This document shows positions 13,095-25,104 of a DNA stretch of 64,000 nucleotides, piece by piece. The notes under the pieces were generated by a model. The model ran no database searches and was not told the DNA's origin. It worked only from the letters and a program-made list of their open reading frames with translations. Source of the stretch: Pristiophorus japonicus (taxonomy: Eukaryota). Position 1 is the stretch's first letter. Every line of letters begins with the position of its first letter. Position numbers and translations under genes: made by a program. Location: positions 144,274,001 through 144,338,000 of the forward strand of contig NC_091984.1 in NCBI RefSeq assembly GCF_044704955.1. The letters run 5' to 3'.

Positions 13095-16000
13095 ATAGAA
13101 ACATAGAAACATAGAAAATAGGTGCAGAAGTAAGCCATTCGGCTCTTCGAGCCTGCACCATCATTCAATAAGATCATGGCTGATCATTCCCTCAGTACAC
13201 CTTTCCTGCTTTCTCTCCATACCCCTTGATCCCTTTAGCCGAAAGGGCCATATCTAACTCCTTCTTGAATATATCCAATGAACTGGCATCAACAACTCTC
13301 TGCGGGAGGGAATTCCACAGGTTAACAACTCTCTGAGTGAAGAAGTTTCTCCTCATCTCAGTCCTAAATGGCCTACCCCTTATCCTCAGACTGTGTCCCC
13401 TGGTTCTGGACTTCCCCATCATCGGGTTCATTCTTTCCGCATCTAACCTGTCCAGTCCCATCAGAATCTTATAGGTTTCTATGAGATACCCTCTCATCCT
13501 TCTAAACTCCAGTTTATAAATGCCCAGTTGATCCAGTCTCTCCCCATAAGTCAGTCTTGCCACCCCGTGAATCAGCCTGGTGAACCTTCGCTGCACTCCC
13601 TCAATAGCAAGAACTGCCTTCCTCAGATTAGGAGACCCAAACAGAACACAATGTTCCAGGTGAGGCGTCACATAGGCCCTGTATAACTGCAGTAAGACCT
13701 CCCTGCTCCTATACACAAATCCCCAACATACCATTTGCCTTCTTCACCGACTGCTGAACCTGCATGCCAACTTTCAATGACTGATGAAGCATGACACCCA
13801 GGTCTCGCTGCACCTCGCCCTTTCCTAATCTGCCGCCATTCAGATAATATTCTGCCTTCGTGTTTTTGCCCCCGAAGTGGATAACCTCACATTTATCCAC
13901 ATTATACTGCATCTGCCATGCATTTGCCCACTCACCTACCTGTCCAAATCACCCTGCAGCCTCTTAGCATCGTCCTCACAGCCCACACCACCACCCAGTT
14001 TAGTTTCATCTGCAAACTTGGAGATATTACACTCAATTCCTTCATCTAAATCATTGATGTATATTGTAAAGAGCTGGGGTCCCAGCACTGAGCCCTGCGG
14101 CACCCCACTAGTCACTGCCTGCCATTTTGAAAAGGACGCGTATATCCCGACTCTCTGCTTCCTGTCTGCCAACCAGTTCTCTCTCCACGTCAGTATATTA
14201 TCCCAATACCATGTGCTTTGCTATTGCACACCAATCTCTTGTGTGGGACCTTGGCAAAAGCCTTTTGAAAGTCCAAATACACCATATCCACTGGTTCTCC
14301 CTTGTCCACTCTACTAGTTACATCCTCAAAAAATTCCAGAAGATTTGTCAAGCATGATTTCCCTTTCATAAATCCATGCTGACTTGGACCGATCCTGTCA
14401 CTGCTTTCCAAATGCGCTGCTATTTCATCTTTAATAATTGATTCCAACATTTTCCCCACTACTGATGTCAGGCTAACCGGTCTATAATTACCCATTTTCT
14501 CTCTCCCTGCATTTTTAAACAGTGGTGTTACATTAGCTACCCTCCAGTCCATAGGAACTGATCCAGAGTCAATAGACTGTTGGAAAATGATCATCAATGC
14601 ATCCACTATTTCTAGGGCCACATCTTTAATACTCTGAGATGCAGACTATCAGGCCCCGGGGATTTATCGGCCTTCAATCCTATCAATTTCCCTAACACAA
14701 TTTCCCACTTTATAAGGATATCCTTCAGTTCCTCCTTCTCACTAGATCGTCGGTTCCCTAGTATTTCCGGAAGGTTATTTGTGTCTTCCTTCGTGAAAAC
14801 AGAACCAAAGTATTTGTTTAACTGGTCCGCCATTTCTTTGTTCCCCATTATAAATTCACCTGAATCTGACCGCAAGGGACTTACGTTTGTTTTCACTAAT
14901 CTTTTTCTCTTCACATATCTATAGAAGCTTTTCCAGTCAGTTTTTATTTTCCCAGCAAGCTTCCTCTCATATTCTATTTTCCCCCTCCTAATTAAACCCT
15001 TTGTCCTCCTCTGCCGTATTGCAGAATTCTCCCAGCCCTCAGGTTTGCTGTCTTTTCTGGCCTATTTATATGCCTCTTCCTTGCATTTAACACTATCCTT
15101 AATTTCCCTTGTTCGCCACGGTTGAGCCGCCTTCCCCGTTTTATTTTTACTCCAGACAGGGATGTACAATTGTTGAAGTTCACCCCTGTGATCTTTAAAT
15201 GTTTCCCATTGCCTATCCACCGTCCACCCTTTAAGTATCATTTGCCAGTCTTTTCTAGCCAATTCACATCTCATACCATTGAAGTTACCTTTCCCCAAGT
15301 TCACGAACCTAGTCTCTGAATTAACTGTGTCACTCTCCATCTTAATAAAGAATTCTACCATATTATGGTCACTCTTCCCCAGGGGCCTCGCACAACAAGA
15401 TTGTTAATTCGCCCTTTCTCATTACACATCACCCAGCCTAGGATGGCCAGCACTCTAGTTGGTTCTCGATATATTGGTCTAGAAAACCATCCCTAATACA
15501 TTCCAGGACATCCTCCTCCACCGCATTGCTACCAGTTTGGTGAGCCCAGTCAATATGTAGATTGAAGTTGTCCATGATAACTGCTGTACCTTTATTGCAC
15601 GCATCCCTAATTTCTTGTTTGATGCTGTCCCCATCCTCATTAGTACTGTTTGGTGGTCTGTGCACAACTCCCACTAACGTTTTCTGCCCTTTGGTATTCC
15701 GTATCTCCACCCATACAAATTCCACATCATCCAAGCTAATGTCCTTCCTTAATATTGTATTAATTTCCTCTTTAACCAGCAACACCACCCACCTCCTTTT
15801 CCTTTCTGTCTATCCTTCCTAAATGTTGAATATCCCTGGATGTTGAGTTTCCAGCCTTGGTCACCCTGGAGTCATGTCTCCGTGATGCCAGTTACATCAT
15901 ATCCGTTAACTGCTATCTGCGCAATTAATTCTTCCACCTTATTCCGAATACTCCTCGCATTGAGGCACAGAGTCTTCAGGCTTCTCTTTTTAACGCCCTT

Positions 16001-17306
16001 TGTCCCTTTAGGATTTTGCTGCAATGTGGCTCTTTTTGCTTTTTGCCTTGCTTTTCTCGGCCCTCCACTTTTACTTTTCTTCTTTCTATCTTTTGCTTCT
16101 GCAAACACTCCCCTTAGGACATTGGTTCCAGTCCTGCCCAGGTGCAGACCGTCCGGTTTGTACTGGTCCCACCTCCCCCAGAACCAGTTCCAGTGCCCCA
16201 GGAATTTGAATCCCTCCCTTCTGCACCACTCCTCAAGCCACGTATTCATCTGAGCTATCCTGCGATTCCTATTCTGACTAGCACGTGGCACTGGTAGAAA
16301 TCCTGAGATTACTACTTTTTAATTTAGCTCCTAGCTCCCTAAATTCGTCTTGTCGGACCTCATCCTGTTTTTTACCTATATCGTTGGTACCTATATGCAT
16401 CACGACAACTGGCTGTTTACACACACCCTTAAAAATGTCCTGCACCCGCTCCGAGACATCCTTGACCCTTGCACCAGGGAGGCAACATACCATCCTAGGG
16501 TCTCGGTTGCGGCCGCAGAAATGTCTGTCTATTCCCCTTACAATAGAATCCCCTATCACTATAGCTCTCCCACTCTTTTTCCTGCCCTCCTATGCAGCAG
16601 AGCCACCCACGGTCCCAAAGCGGTGTATCTGTTTTGCAGGGGGATGACCGCAGGGGATTCCTTCCACTGCTCTTCCTGTTGGCCACCCATCCCCTATCTG
16701 GCTGTGTAACCTTTACCTGCGGTAAGACCAACTCACGAAATGTGCTATGTATGACATCCTCAGCATTGCGCATGCTCCAGAGTGAATCCACCCGCAGCTC
16801 CCGTGCTGCAATTCGGTCTGTCAGGAGCTGCAGCCGGATACACTTCCTGCATATGTAGTCATCAGGGACACTGGAAGTGTTCCTGACTTCCCACATAGTA
16901 CAGGAGGAGCATAACACGTGTCCGAGCTCTCCTGCCATGACTTAAACTCTAGATTAACTTAATTTGGCAACAATAATGCTAAAGATTATTTTCTGATAAA
17001 GAAAAGAAAAAGAAAAAATGATTGACCAATCACTTACCCCCTTGGCTGTGACGTCACCTTCGATTTCTTTCTACTTCTTTTTTGCTTTCTCTCCCTGCTG
17101 CAGCTGCACCAGCTGGGCCTTTATAGGCCGCTCCGACGTCCCCGAACCTCTTGCTGTCATGTCTCACTTCGTTTTCTTTTTCTCCCAGGTCGGGGAGTCA
17201 GCACTGGTGGGGGAAACAAGACAAAGCGACGCTTCCCGCTCCCACTTGCCCGAACTCACCCACTTACCAAACTCTTACCTTTGCACTCTGACCTGCCGCA
17301 GCACCC
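13095..17306 (-). mobile_element. CR1 LINE, near full length, degenerate, inserted in an older plus-strand CR1 3' fragment
   Basis: ORF1 (16938 MAGELGHVLCSSC; esterase 16278-16559), EN (15438-15788), RT (13936-14914), (TTTCTATG)n tail at ~13095-13120; accca-like flanks rejoin agggctatggaccc|agagctggaaagtgg. Confidence 0.9.
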
Positions 17307-17694
17307 CAACCCAGAGCTGGAAAGTGGAATAAGGCTGAGTAGATCTTTGTTGGCCGGCGTGGACACAATGGGCCGAAATGGTCTCCTTCAGTGCTGTAAA
17401 TTTCTGTGATTCTATGATCGTGCTGGTGGTGTTGACCACTTCAAAAGTCGCAGCATACATTTTATTGAAGCTATTTCCATCCCCGGTTTCCCCATTGCCA
17501 ATAATTGGATCAATCGATGCTGTAGCGCCCCCTTGTGGTATATCTATATGGGCTCCACCCAAATCCCTGTTTTCAACCCTTGAACCCACATTGCCTACGC
17601 TAGCTGGAGCCCCGCTCCTTAATCACAGCATCTCACAGCACAGAGAGAGGCCATTCAGCCCATCAAACCTGTGCTGGCTCTTTGAAAGAGCTGT

Positions 17695-17848
17695 GGACTA
17701 CTATGTCCAGGACTAAAGATCCAGAGACACGAGTTCAAATTCCACCACGGCAGCTGGGGAATTTAAATTCATTTAATTAAATAAATCTGGAATAAAAAGC
17801 TAGTGTCAGTGATGGTGACCATGAAAATGCCGGATTGTCGCAAAAAAC
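17695..17848 (+). mobile_element. tRNA-derived SINE fragment
   Basis: B-box-like gagttcaaattcc followed by an AT-rich body typical of shark SINEs; family not assigned. Confidence 0.55.
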
Positions 17849-17849
17849 G

Positions 17850-20800
17850 ATCTACCTGGCCTGCTACCTTCAGGGATCTGTTGACATGCATACCAAGGTC
17901 CCGTTGTTCCACAAAACTCCTCAGTGTCCCACAATTTAATATGTATTCCCTTGTCTTGTTATCATTCCCCAAAAGCATTAACTCACACTTCTCTGGATTA
18001 AATTCCATTTGTAAATGTTCTGCCCACCTGACCATTTCATTGATATCTTCCTGCAGTCTACAGCTTTCTTCTAAATTATAAACAACACAGCCGATTTTAG
18101 AATCGTCTGCAAACTTCTTAATCATACCCCCTGCATTCAAGTCTAAATCATTGATATATACCACAAAAAGCAAGGGACCTAGTACTGAGCCCTGCGGAAC
18201 CCCACTGGAAACAGTTTCTCGTCACAAAAACACCCATCGACCATTACCCTTTGTTTATTGCCTCTGAGCCAATTTTGGATCCAACTTTCCACTTTGCCCT
18301 GGATCCCATGGGCTTTTACTTTCGTGACCAGTCTGCACTGTGGGACCTTATCAAAAGTCTTGCTAAAATCCATATACACGACATCATACTCACTGCCCTC
18401 ATCGATCCTCCTTATTACTTCCTCGATTAATTCAATTCACAAATCCATGCTGATGGTCCTTGATTAATCCGTCTATCGAAATGAAGATTATCCTGTCTCT
18501 CAGGATTTTTTCCAATAATTTTCCCACCATGAGGTTAGGCTGACTGGCCTGTAATTACTCGGTCTATCCCTTTCTCACTTTTAAACAAAGGTACAACATT
18601 AGTAGCCCTCCATTCATCTGGCACCAGACCTGTAGCCAGAGTGGATTGGAAAATGTTGGTCAGAGCCTCTGTTATTTCCTCTTTTGATTCTCTTAACAGC
18701 CTGGAATACATTTTATCCGGGCCTGGGGATTTATCCACATTCAAAGCTGCTAAGCCCCTTAATACTTCCTCTCTCACTATGTTTATTTCATCTAATATTT
18801 CACACTCCTCCTCCCTGATTGCAATGTCTGCATCGCCCCTCTCTTTTGTGAAAAGAGACGCAAATGTATTCATTAAGAACCATTTCCACATCTTATGCCG
18901 CATCACACAGATTACCTTTATGGTCTCTAATAGGCCCGACACGATCTTTAATTATCCTCTTGCTCTTAATGTATTTATAAAACAGCTTTGTGTTTTCCTT
19001 GATTTTACTTGCCAAAATGTTTTCATGCTCTCTCTTTGCTTTCCTAATTTCCTTTTTAATTGCACCCCTGCACTTTCTATACTCCTCTAAAGTTCCTGCA
19101 GTATTGAACCCTCGGTATCTGTCATAAGCCTCCCTTTTTTACTTTATCCTACACTGTATTTCCCTTGGCATCCAGGGCCTCTAAATTTGTTAGTCCCACC
19201 CTTTTTCTTTAAGGGAACAGACTTACTCTGAAACCACAGGATTTCCTCCTTGAATGCCTCCCACTGCTCTGACACTAATTTACCTTCAAGTAGCCATTTC
19301 CAGCCCACTTTGGCTAAATCACATCTCAGCTCAGCAAAATTGGCTTTTCCCCAATTGAGAACTTTTATTCCGGTCTATCTTTGTCCTTTTCCATAACTAT
19401 CCTAAATCGATCTGAATTCTGATCACTGGCACCAAAATGCTCTCCCACTGAAGCCCCTTCCACCTACCCCTCTTCATTCCCCAAAACCAAGTCCAGAACC
19501 GTCCCCTCCCTTGTTGGGCTTGTTACACACTGGCTAAAAATGTTCTCCTGAATGCATTTTAGAAATTCCGCACCCTCTATACCTTTCACACTAATTTTAT
19601 CCCAGTTAATATTCGGTTATTTGAAATCCTCTACTATTGCTGCCCTACAGTTTTTGCACTTGTCAGAAATGTGCCTTCATATTTGCTCTTCTATCTCCCT
19701 CTGATGGGATGAGGTCCTACAGGCAGAGTTTAGGGAGCTAGGTGAGAGATTAAAAAGCAAGACCTCAAAGGTAGTAATCTCCGGATTACTCCCGGTGCCA
19801 CGTGCTAGTGAGTACAGAAATAGGAGGATAGAGCAGATGAATGCGTGGCTGGAGAGATGGCGCAGGAGGGAGGGCTTTAGTGTCCTGAGGCATTGGGATT
19901 GTTTCTGTGGGAGGTGGGACCTGTACAAGCCGGACAGGTTGCACCTCAACAGAGCCGGGACCAATATCCTCGCGGCGGGGTTTGCTAGTGCTGTTGGGGA
20001 GGGTTTAAGCTAGCTTTGTAGGGGGATGGGAACTGGAGAATAGATTCAGTGGGGAGAGAAGCAAAGCTGGAATTGGAAAGCAGAAAAGTAGAAAGTGAAT
20101 CTGGAAGACAAAGGAAACAAAGTCGAGAAAATAGATAGCAAGGCAGTTTGGCAGAGCTAAATGGTATATACTTCAATGCAAGGAGTATAGGTAAATGGGC
20201 TTGTTACATACTGGCTAAAAAAAGTTCTCCTGAATGCATCTTAGGAATTCCACACCCTCGATACCTTTCACACTAATTTTATCCCAGTTAATATCAGGGT
20301 AGTTGAAATCCCCTACTATTACTGCCCTATAGATTTTGCACTTGTCAGAAATGTGCCTGCATATTTGCTCTTCTCTCTCCCTCTGACTGTTTCGGGGTCT
20401 ATAGTACACTCCCAGCAGTGTGATTACCCTTTTTTCATTCTTCAATTCGATCCATATGGCCTCATTTGATGATCTTTCCGACATATCATCCCTCCTCACA
20501 GCTGTAATTGTTTCTTTCAATTGTTTCAGAAATGTTTCAGAGATTACTACCTTTGAGCTCTTGCTTTTTAATCTCTCTCCCAACCCCCTAAACTCTGCCT
20601 GTAGGACCTCATCCCTCCTTCTACCTATGTCATTGGTATTGATATGGACCACAACCTCTGGTTGTTCACCCTCCCCCCTCAGAATGTATTGCAGCCACTC
20701 AGTGACATCCGTGACCCTGGCACCAGGCAGGCAACATACCATCCTGGAGTCACGTCTGTGGCCGCAGAAATGCCTGTCTGTTCCTCTAACTATTGAATCC

Positions 20801-21300
20801 CCTACCACTATTGCTCTTCCACTCTTCTTCCTCCCCCCTGTGCAGCTGAGCCACCCGTGGTGCCGTGGACTTGGCTCTGGCTGCACTTCCTAGAGGCACC
20901 ATCGCCCCCACCAGTACTCAGAACAGAATATTGGTTGGAGAGCAAGCTGGAATCAGGGAACTCCTGCACTACCTACCTGGACCTCCTCTTCTGTCTGGTG
21001 GTCACCCATTCCCTCTCTGCCTGCACACTCTTAAGCTGCGAGGTGGCCACCTCTAGAAACGTGCTATCCACGAAGTTCTCAGCCTCGCGGATGCACCGCA
21101 GTGACTCCAGCCACCGCTCAATCTCTGAAACGCGGAGCTCGAGTTGCTGTAGCTGGTGACACTTCCTGCACATGTGGTCGTCCAGGCCACGAGAAGTGTC
21201 CAGGACTTTCCACGTGGCACAGGATGTGCTCTCCACGGGACAGAACTGCCCTGCCATGCCTCTATTTAATAAACTGAGAACTAACTTCGTAGAAATAAAT
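17850..21300 (-). mobile_element. CR1 LINE, degenerate and internally rearranged (19703-20195 inverted)
   Basis: ORF1 start 21257, esterase/EN fusion ORF 20215-20886, plus-strand ORF1 piece 19795-20013, RT fragments 17769-18942. Confidence 0.85.
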
Positions 21301-21419
21301 TAAAAATAAAATAAAGCAAATAACTGCCTGGCCGACATCATTCAGGCCATAATTTCTGGATTTATTCACCCGACTGAGGGCGAACACTCTTGATGGGCCA
21401 TTAATGGGCCTTAAGTTTT

Positions 21420-22313
21420 CAGCTCAGTCAGCTGTGGCTCAATGGGCAGCACACTCACTTCTGAGTCTGAAGGTTGTGGGTTCAAGTCCCACTCTAGAGA
21501 CTAAGCTCAAATATCTTGACTGATTGTCCCAGTGCAGAGCTGAGGGAGTGCTGCACTGTTGGAGGGGCCATCTTTCAGACGAGACATTAAACTGAGCCCA
21601 GGTGGGTGTGAATGATCCCGTGCCACTATTTTGAAGAAGAGCAGGGGAGTTCTCCCCGGTGTCCTGGCCAATATTTATCCCTCAATCAACATCACAGAAA
21701 CAGATTGGGGACAAAATTCCCCCGCCGGGGGCGCTAACGGGGTGTGACAGTGTTTTCCCCCAGGGGTGGGGGGTATACCGGCTCCCGCGGGATTTAGCAG
21801 AGACGCAAAATGGAAAGTGTCCCGTGAGCCGTGTCCGTGCCAGGTCTGAGGGTCACGAACCGGGCGGCACTTCGCTCGCGGGGTGAAGCTTACCGCGAGG
21901 TGCGTGCCGCCGCGCCCCGCCATTTGTTTTTGCCGACTTACCGGTCGGGCCTTTCTGTGCCGATGTGGCGGGGTCGGTGCCGCGATGGTGCAGCCCGACA
22001 CTCGCCCCCGAGCCCACCCCCAGGGGAAGTGCAGTGCACCACATTGCGCTGCACTTCCTGTCAGGGGCCGTGACCCCAATTTCGCTACCAGGCGGGAATT
22101 GGGCGTGGGAAAAGTTACCGCCCCAACCGGGGCGATACGCAATTTGGGCCCATTTTCTGGTCATAGTCACATGTGGGAGCTTGCTGTGCACAAACTGTCT
22201 GTCATGTCTCCTCCATTACCGCAGTGACTACACTTCAAAAGTACTTCGTTGGCTGTAAAGCGCTTTCGGACATTCTGAGGTGGTGAAAGGCGCTATATAA
22301 ATGCAATTCTTTC
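21420..22313 (+). mobile_element. tRNA-derived Deu-domain SINE (SacSINE1-like), split by a MITE
   Basis: A/B-box head (tggctcaatggg...gggttcaagtccc), body gagttctccccggtgtcctggccaatattt, L2-like tail aaaggcgctatataaatgcaa. Family name from recall, not from a search. Confidence 0.75.
21707..22151. mobile_element. GC/CpG-rich MITE, probably PIF/Harbinger (Tourist-like)
   Basis: ATT duplicated at 21704-21706 and 22152-22154; imperfect ends GGGGACAAAATT / AATTTGGGCCC; removal restores the SINE (cagatt-atctggtc). Partial mirror at ~44972-45180. Confidence 0.7.
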
Positions 22314-22334
22314 ATTCGAATTCAGCTCTACATC

Positions 22335-22650
22335 TTTGAATCCCAAACCCGCGGACAGTGACGGACAGGTAAAGACCCTGTGGTCCATTCAGCCCGTCCC
22401 ATACAATTGTGATACCTTGTGTATCACAGTATCGACTCTCCACCCCACCCAAAACTACCTGATCTCCTGGGAGAGGCGAAAAACCAGGTAAAAAACCCAT
22501 TGGGGGAAATAAATCTGGGAAACTCCTCTCCGACCCCCACCCCGCCCCCGCTCCCCAGGCGATGGAAACTAGTCCAGGAGGTCACTGTGGCCCTGAATTC
22601 CCTGCAGTAACTACCTTCTGTAAGTGGTGATCTCCGCACCGGCCACAAAC
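22335..22650 (-). mobile_element. LF-SINE-like / CR1-tail-related repeat (mirror ~44470-44770)
   Basis: ctcctggactagtttccatcgcc...ggggtcggagaggagtttccc...ggtttttcgcctctcccaggagatc resembles the LF-SINE body from recall. Confidence 0.5.
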
Positions 22651-23689
22651 AGGTCCTGCTCTCGCTTATGTACAGCTCATGGATTTAAAATTACAAGCTT
22701 TCCCCACAGTGTCAAGTGCTGCAAATACTGTGTTACATTATCAGGGTTATATTCTCGCTGTCTGTCATTGTCACAACACTCGCTATATAAATGCAAGTTG
22801 TTGTTGTGTTCAGGGAAAGCTGTATCTGGCTCAGGCTTCTTATCCATCTCCCCTTCCCTTCCCCCTCCATTGGGGGCCGTGCCTTCATCTGCCTGGGCCC
22901 TAACTCCCTGCTCCCTGAACCTCTCTGCCACTCCACCCCTCTCCTCTTTTAAGACCTCCCTTCAAACCCAATCTGTGACTGAAGGTTTTGATCACCCTCC
23001 CAGCTCCTCCTCCTTTGGCTCAGCACCACTTTGACCAGATTACGCCTCTGTCAGCTGCCTCGGGATGTTGTTCTAATGTTCCAGTTGCTGTAGCAATGCA
23101 GGTTGTTGCTGCTGCACCTGGTGGCAGAGCGTCTCTGTGTGGATATACCCCGTGCACCGAGCTCCATGGTGAGGCCTCCCACAGTGGAATGGCCTGCCGA
23201 TGCTTGCTGCAGTGCGGAGTGGCTGCTGACCCGCCAATCGGTCTGAGACACCGCCTCACGAGCGGACGAGGAGATACACGCTGAGATCCACCATCAAATG
23301 ACACGTGGGGAACTGGAAATGATTCTGCAAACCTGACTGGAGGTTTGGTACAAACGGGTTTTACAAACTAATCAATTGAGTGACACAGAAATTGTCCAAA
23401 AATTTGGACTTTTCAGAACCAACATCGCCCCCTTTTGGTATGAAGACAGCACTGCCAATTTCTCTCACAATTTGACTGAGCTGCAATTTTCAATGTCTCC
23501 TTACGTGGCTCGCTGTCAATCTTTATTCTATAACGCTCCTGTGAAGTGCTCGGGGAGTTTTACTGTGTTAAAGGTGCTGTATAAAAGTTGCTGTTGTTGT
23601 TTGTTCTGAGTTCGCTGTTCGAACGGAGGTCGGGATATGACTCACAGCTCAGACTGTGCGGCATCCAGTGATGCAATGTTGTATCGTGG

Positions 23690-23985
23690 GTTCAAGCCCC
23701 ACTCCAGGGACCTGAGTGTAAAATAAAGACATACACTACTGTGCAGTCCTGAGGGAGTGCTGCACTGTCAGTGGGGCAGTACGGAGGGAGTGCTGCACTG
23801 TCGGAGGGGCAGTACTGAGGGAGTGTTGCACTGTCGGAGGGGCAGGACTGAGGGAGTGCTGCACTGTCAGAGAGGCAGTACTGAGGGAGTGCTGCACTTT
23901 CAGAGGGGCAGTACTGAGGGAGTGCTGCACTTTCGGAGGGGCAGGACTGATGGAGTGCTACACTGTCAGAGGGGCAGTATTGAGG
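23690..23985 (+). repeat. SINE head followed by a SINE-derived 33-bp minisatellite (~7 units; mirror 43236-43432 with ~4 units)
   Basis: gggttcaagcccc B box, then tandem cagtactgagggagtgctgcactgtcggagggg, which also occurs once inside the SINE at ~21535-21568. Confidence 0.85.
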
Positions 23986-23992
23986 GGATACC

Positions 23993-25100
23993 TGTAGATG
24001 TTTTTCTCGGGCGTACCTAATATGCACCTCCTACTGCTAGTTCTGGACGATACGGGTAATATGGACAGATCCAACTCGGACACATGTTTTTCAGGCTCAA
24101 CTGTATTGTGTTTAATAAGATTAACATAAACAGTGCAAAACAACCCTGGCCTGTCCAATAAGCCCTGCCGTGAGAAGTTACCACGGCTTAATAAAAGAAC
24201 CCTCCCGTGAAATAAACTAACACAGGACCCCTCCAGCACTAAAGCCCTTGGGTTTGGTTGGGACTTACAATCACCCCCTCACACAGCTAAGTGGTCTTGT
24301 GGATGTGTAGGCGCAGGCAATATGCTCACCCTGATTGCCCGTTGTCTTGCTTGTAGCTTCTTCCTGAACGTCTCGCTCCTGGGCTTTTTCCTGGGCTTTT
24401 TCCTGGGCTTTTTCCTGAGCTTTTTTCCTGAGCTTTTTCCTGGGATTTTTCCTGAGCTTTTTTCCTGAGCTTTTTCCTGGGATTTTTCCTGGGCTTTTTC
24501 CGGAGCTTTCTTCCTCCTGAGCTGGAGCTTGTTGCAAACCGGCTCCTTATATCCCCAAAACCCATCTCCTTTCCTCCCACCAATACTGACCAATGGATTG
24601 ACTCCGGTGATCTGTCTGGGCCCCCTCCGCCCGTAGCCTTTGAAATCTTTGTGAAAAATGATATTTTGTTTTCCCGCTCCCAGGCCTTGCATCTGGAGAG
24701 ACAATGAGTGCTGATTACTGGATGTCTGCCGTTTCCTGAGTTGATGGCCCCCATTAGCAGGTAATGGGTTTCGATCACAAACCGATCTTGCTTAACCGGC
24801 TTATCTCCTGGAAGACAATGGGCCGGCCATTTCCTGCCTTGCACCAGTTTGGGTTGGGACTGAGTCGTGACTGTGCTTTAATAATGCGAAGGCACAGTGT
24901 CTCTGAGTTACCTCTCGGGGTATTGTTCCCAGTAATCACTTTAGATGGTGATGACATCAATGGGCCTGGGTTCCCTGCCACCCAGCCTGTCAGTGTGAAA
25001 TGTCCGGTTGTATATGAATGCACCTCAGTTCTTTCTTGGGGATTTGGATTTAAGGATTTAAAGTATTGTTGATAGAAATGGCCAGAAAGCTGGTGCTACA
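23993..25100 (-). mobile_element. Solo LTR (~1.1 kb)
   Basis: TGTAG...CTACA inverted ends; flanks ATACC / ATTCC (5-bp TSD with one mismatch); minus-strand TATAAG near 24550 and ATTAAA near 24115; internal 12-bp tandem (cctgggcttttt) at ~24378-24510. Confidence 0.75.
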
Positions 25101-25104
25101 ATTC

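Larger units (their letters stand above)
4524..23985. repeat. Left arm of a large inverted segmental duplication
   Basis: Collinear reverse-complement ORF pairs: 4501-4800/61437-61724, 6033-6257/60000-60224, 6864-7124/59134-59394, 7575/53932, 12549-12749/49418-49618, 21965-22258/44896-45159, 23020-23304/43817-44101. Confidence 0.95.

Noticed and set aside
21420-21500. tRNA gene
   Set aside because: The A/B boxes belong to a SINE head that continues into SINE body and tail.
24271-24844. KAQE/KSPG repeat ORFs resembling histone H1 or neurofilament tails
   Set aside because: Translation of a 12-bp tandem inside a solo LTR.
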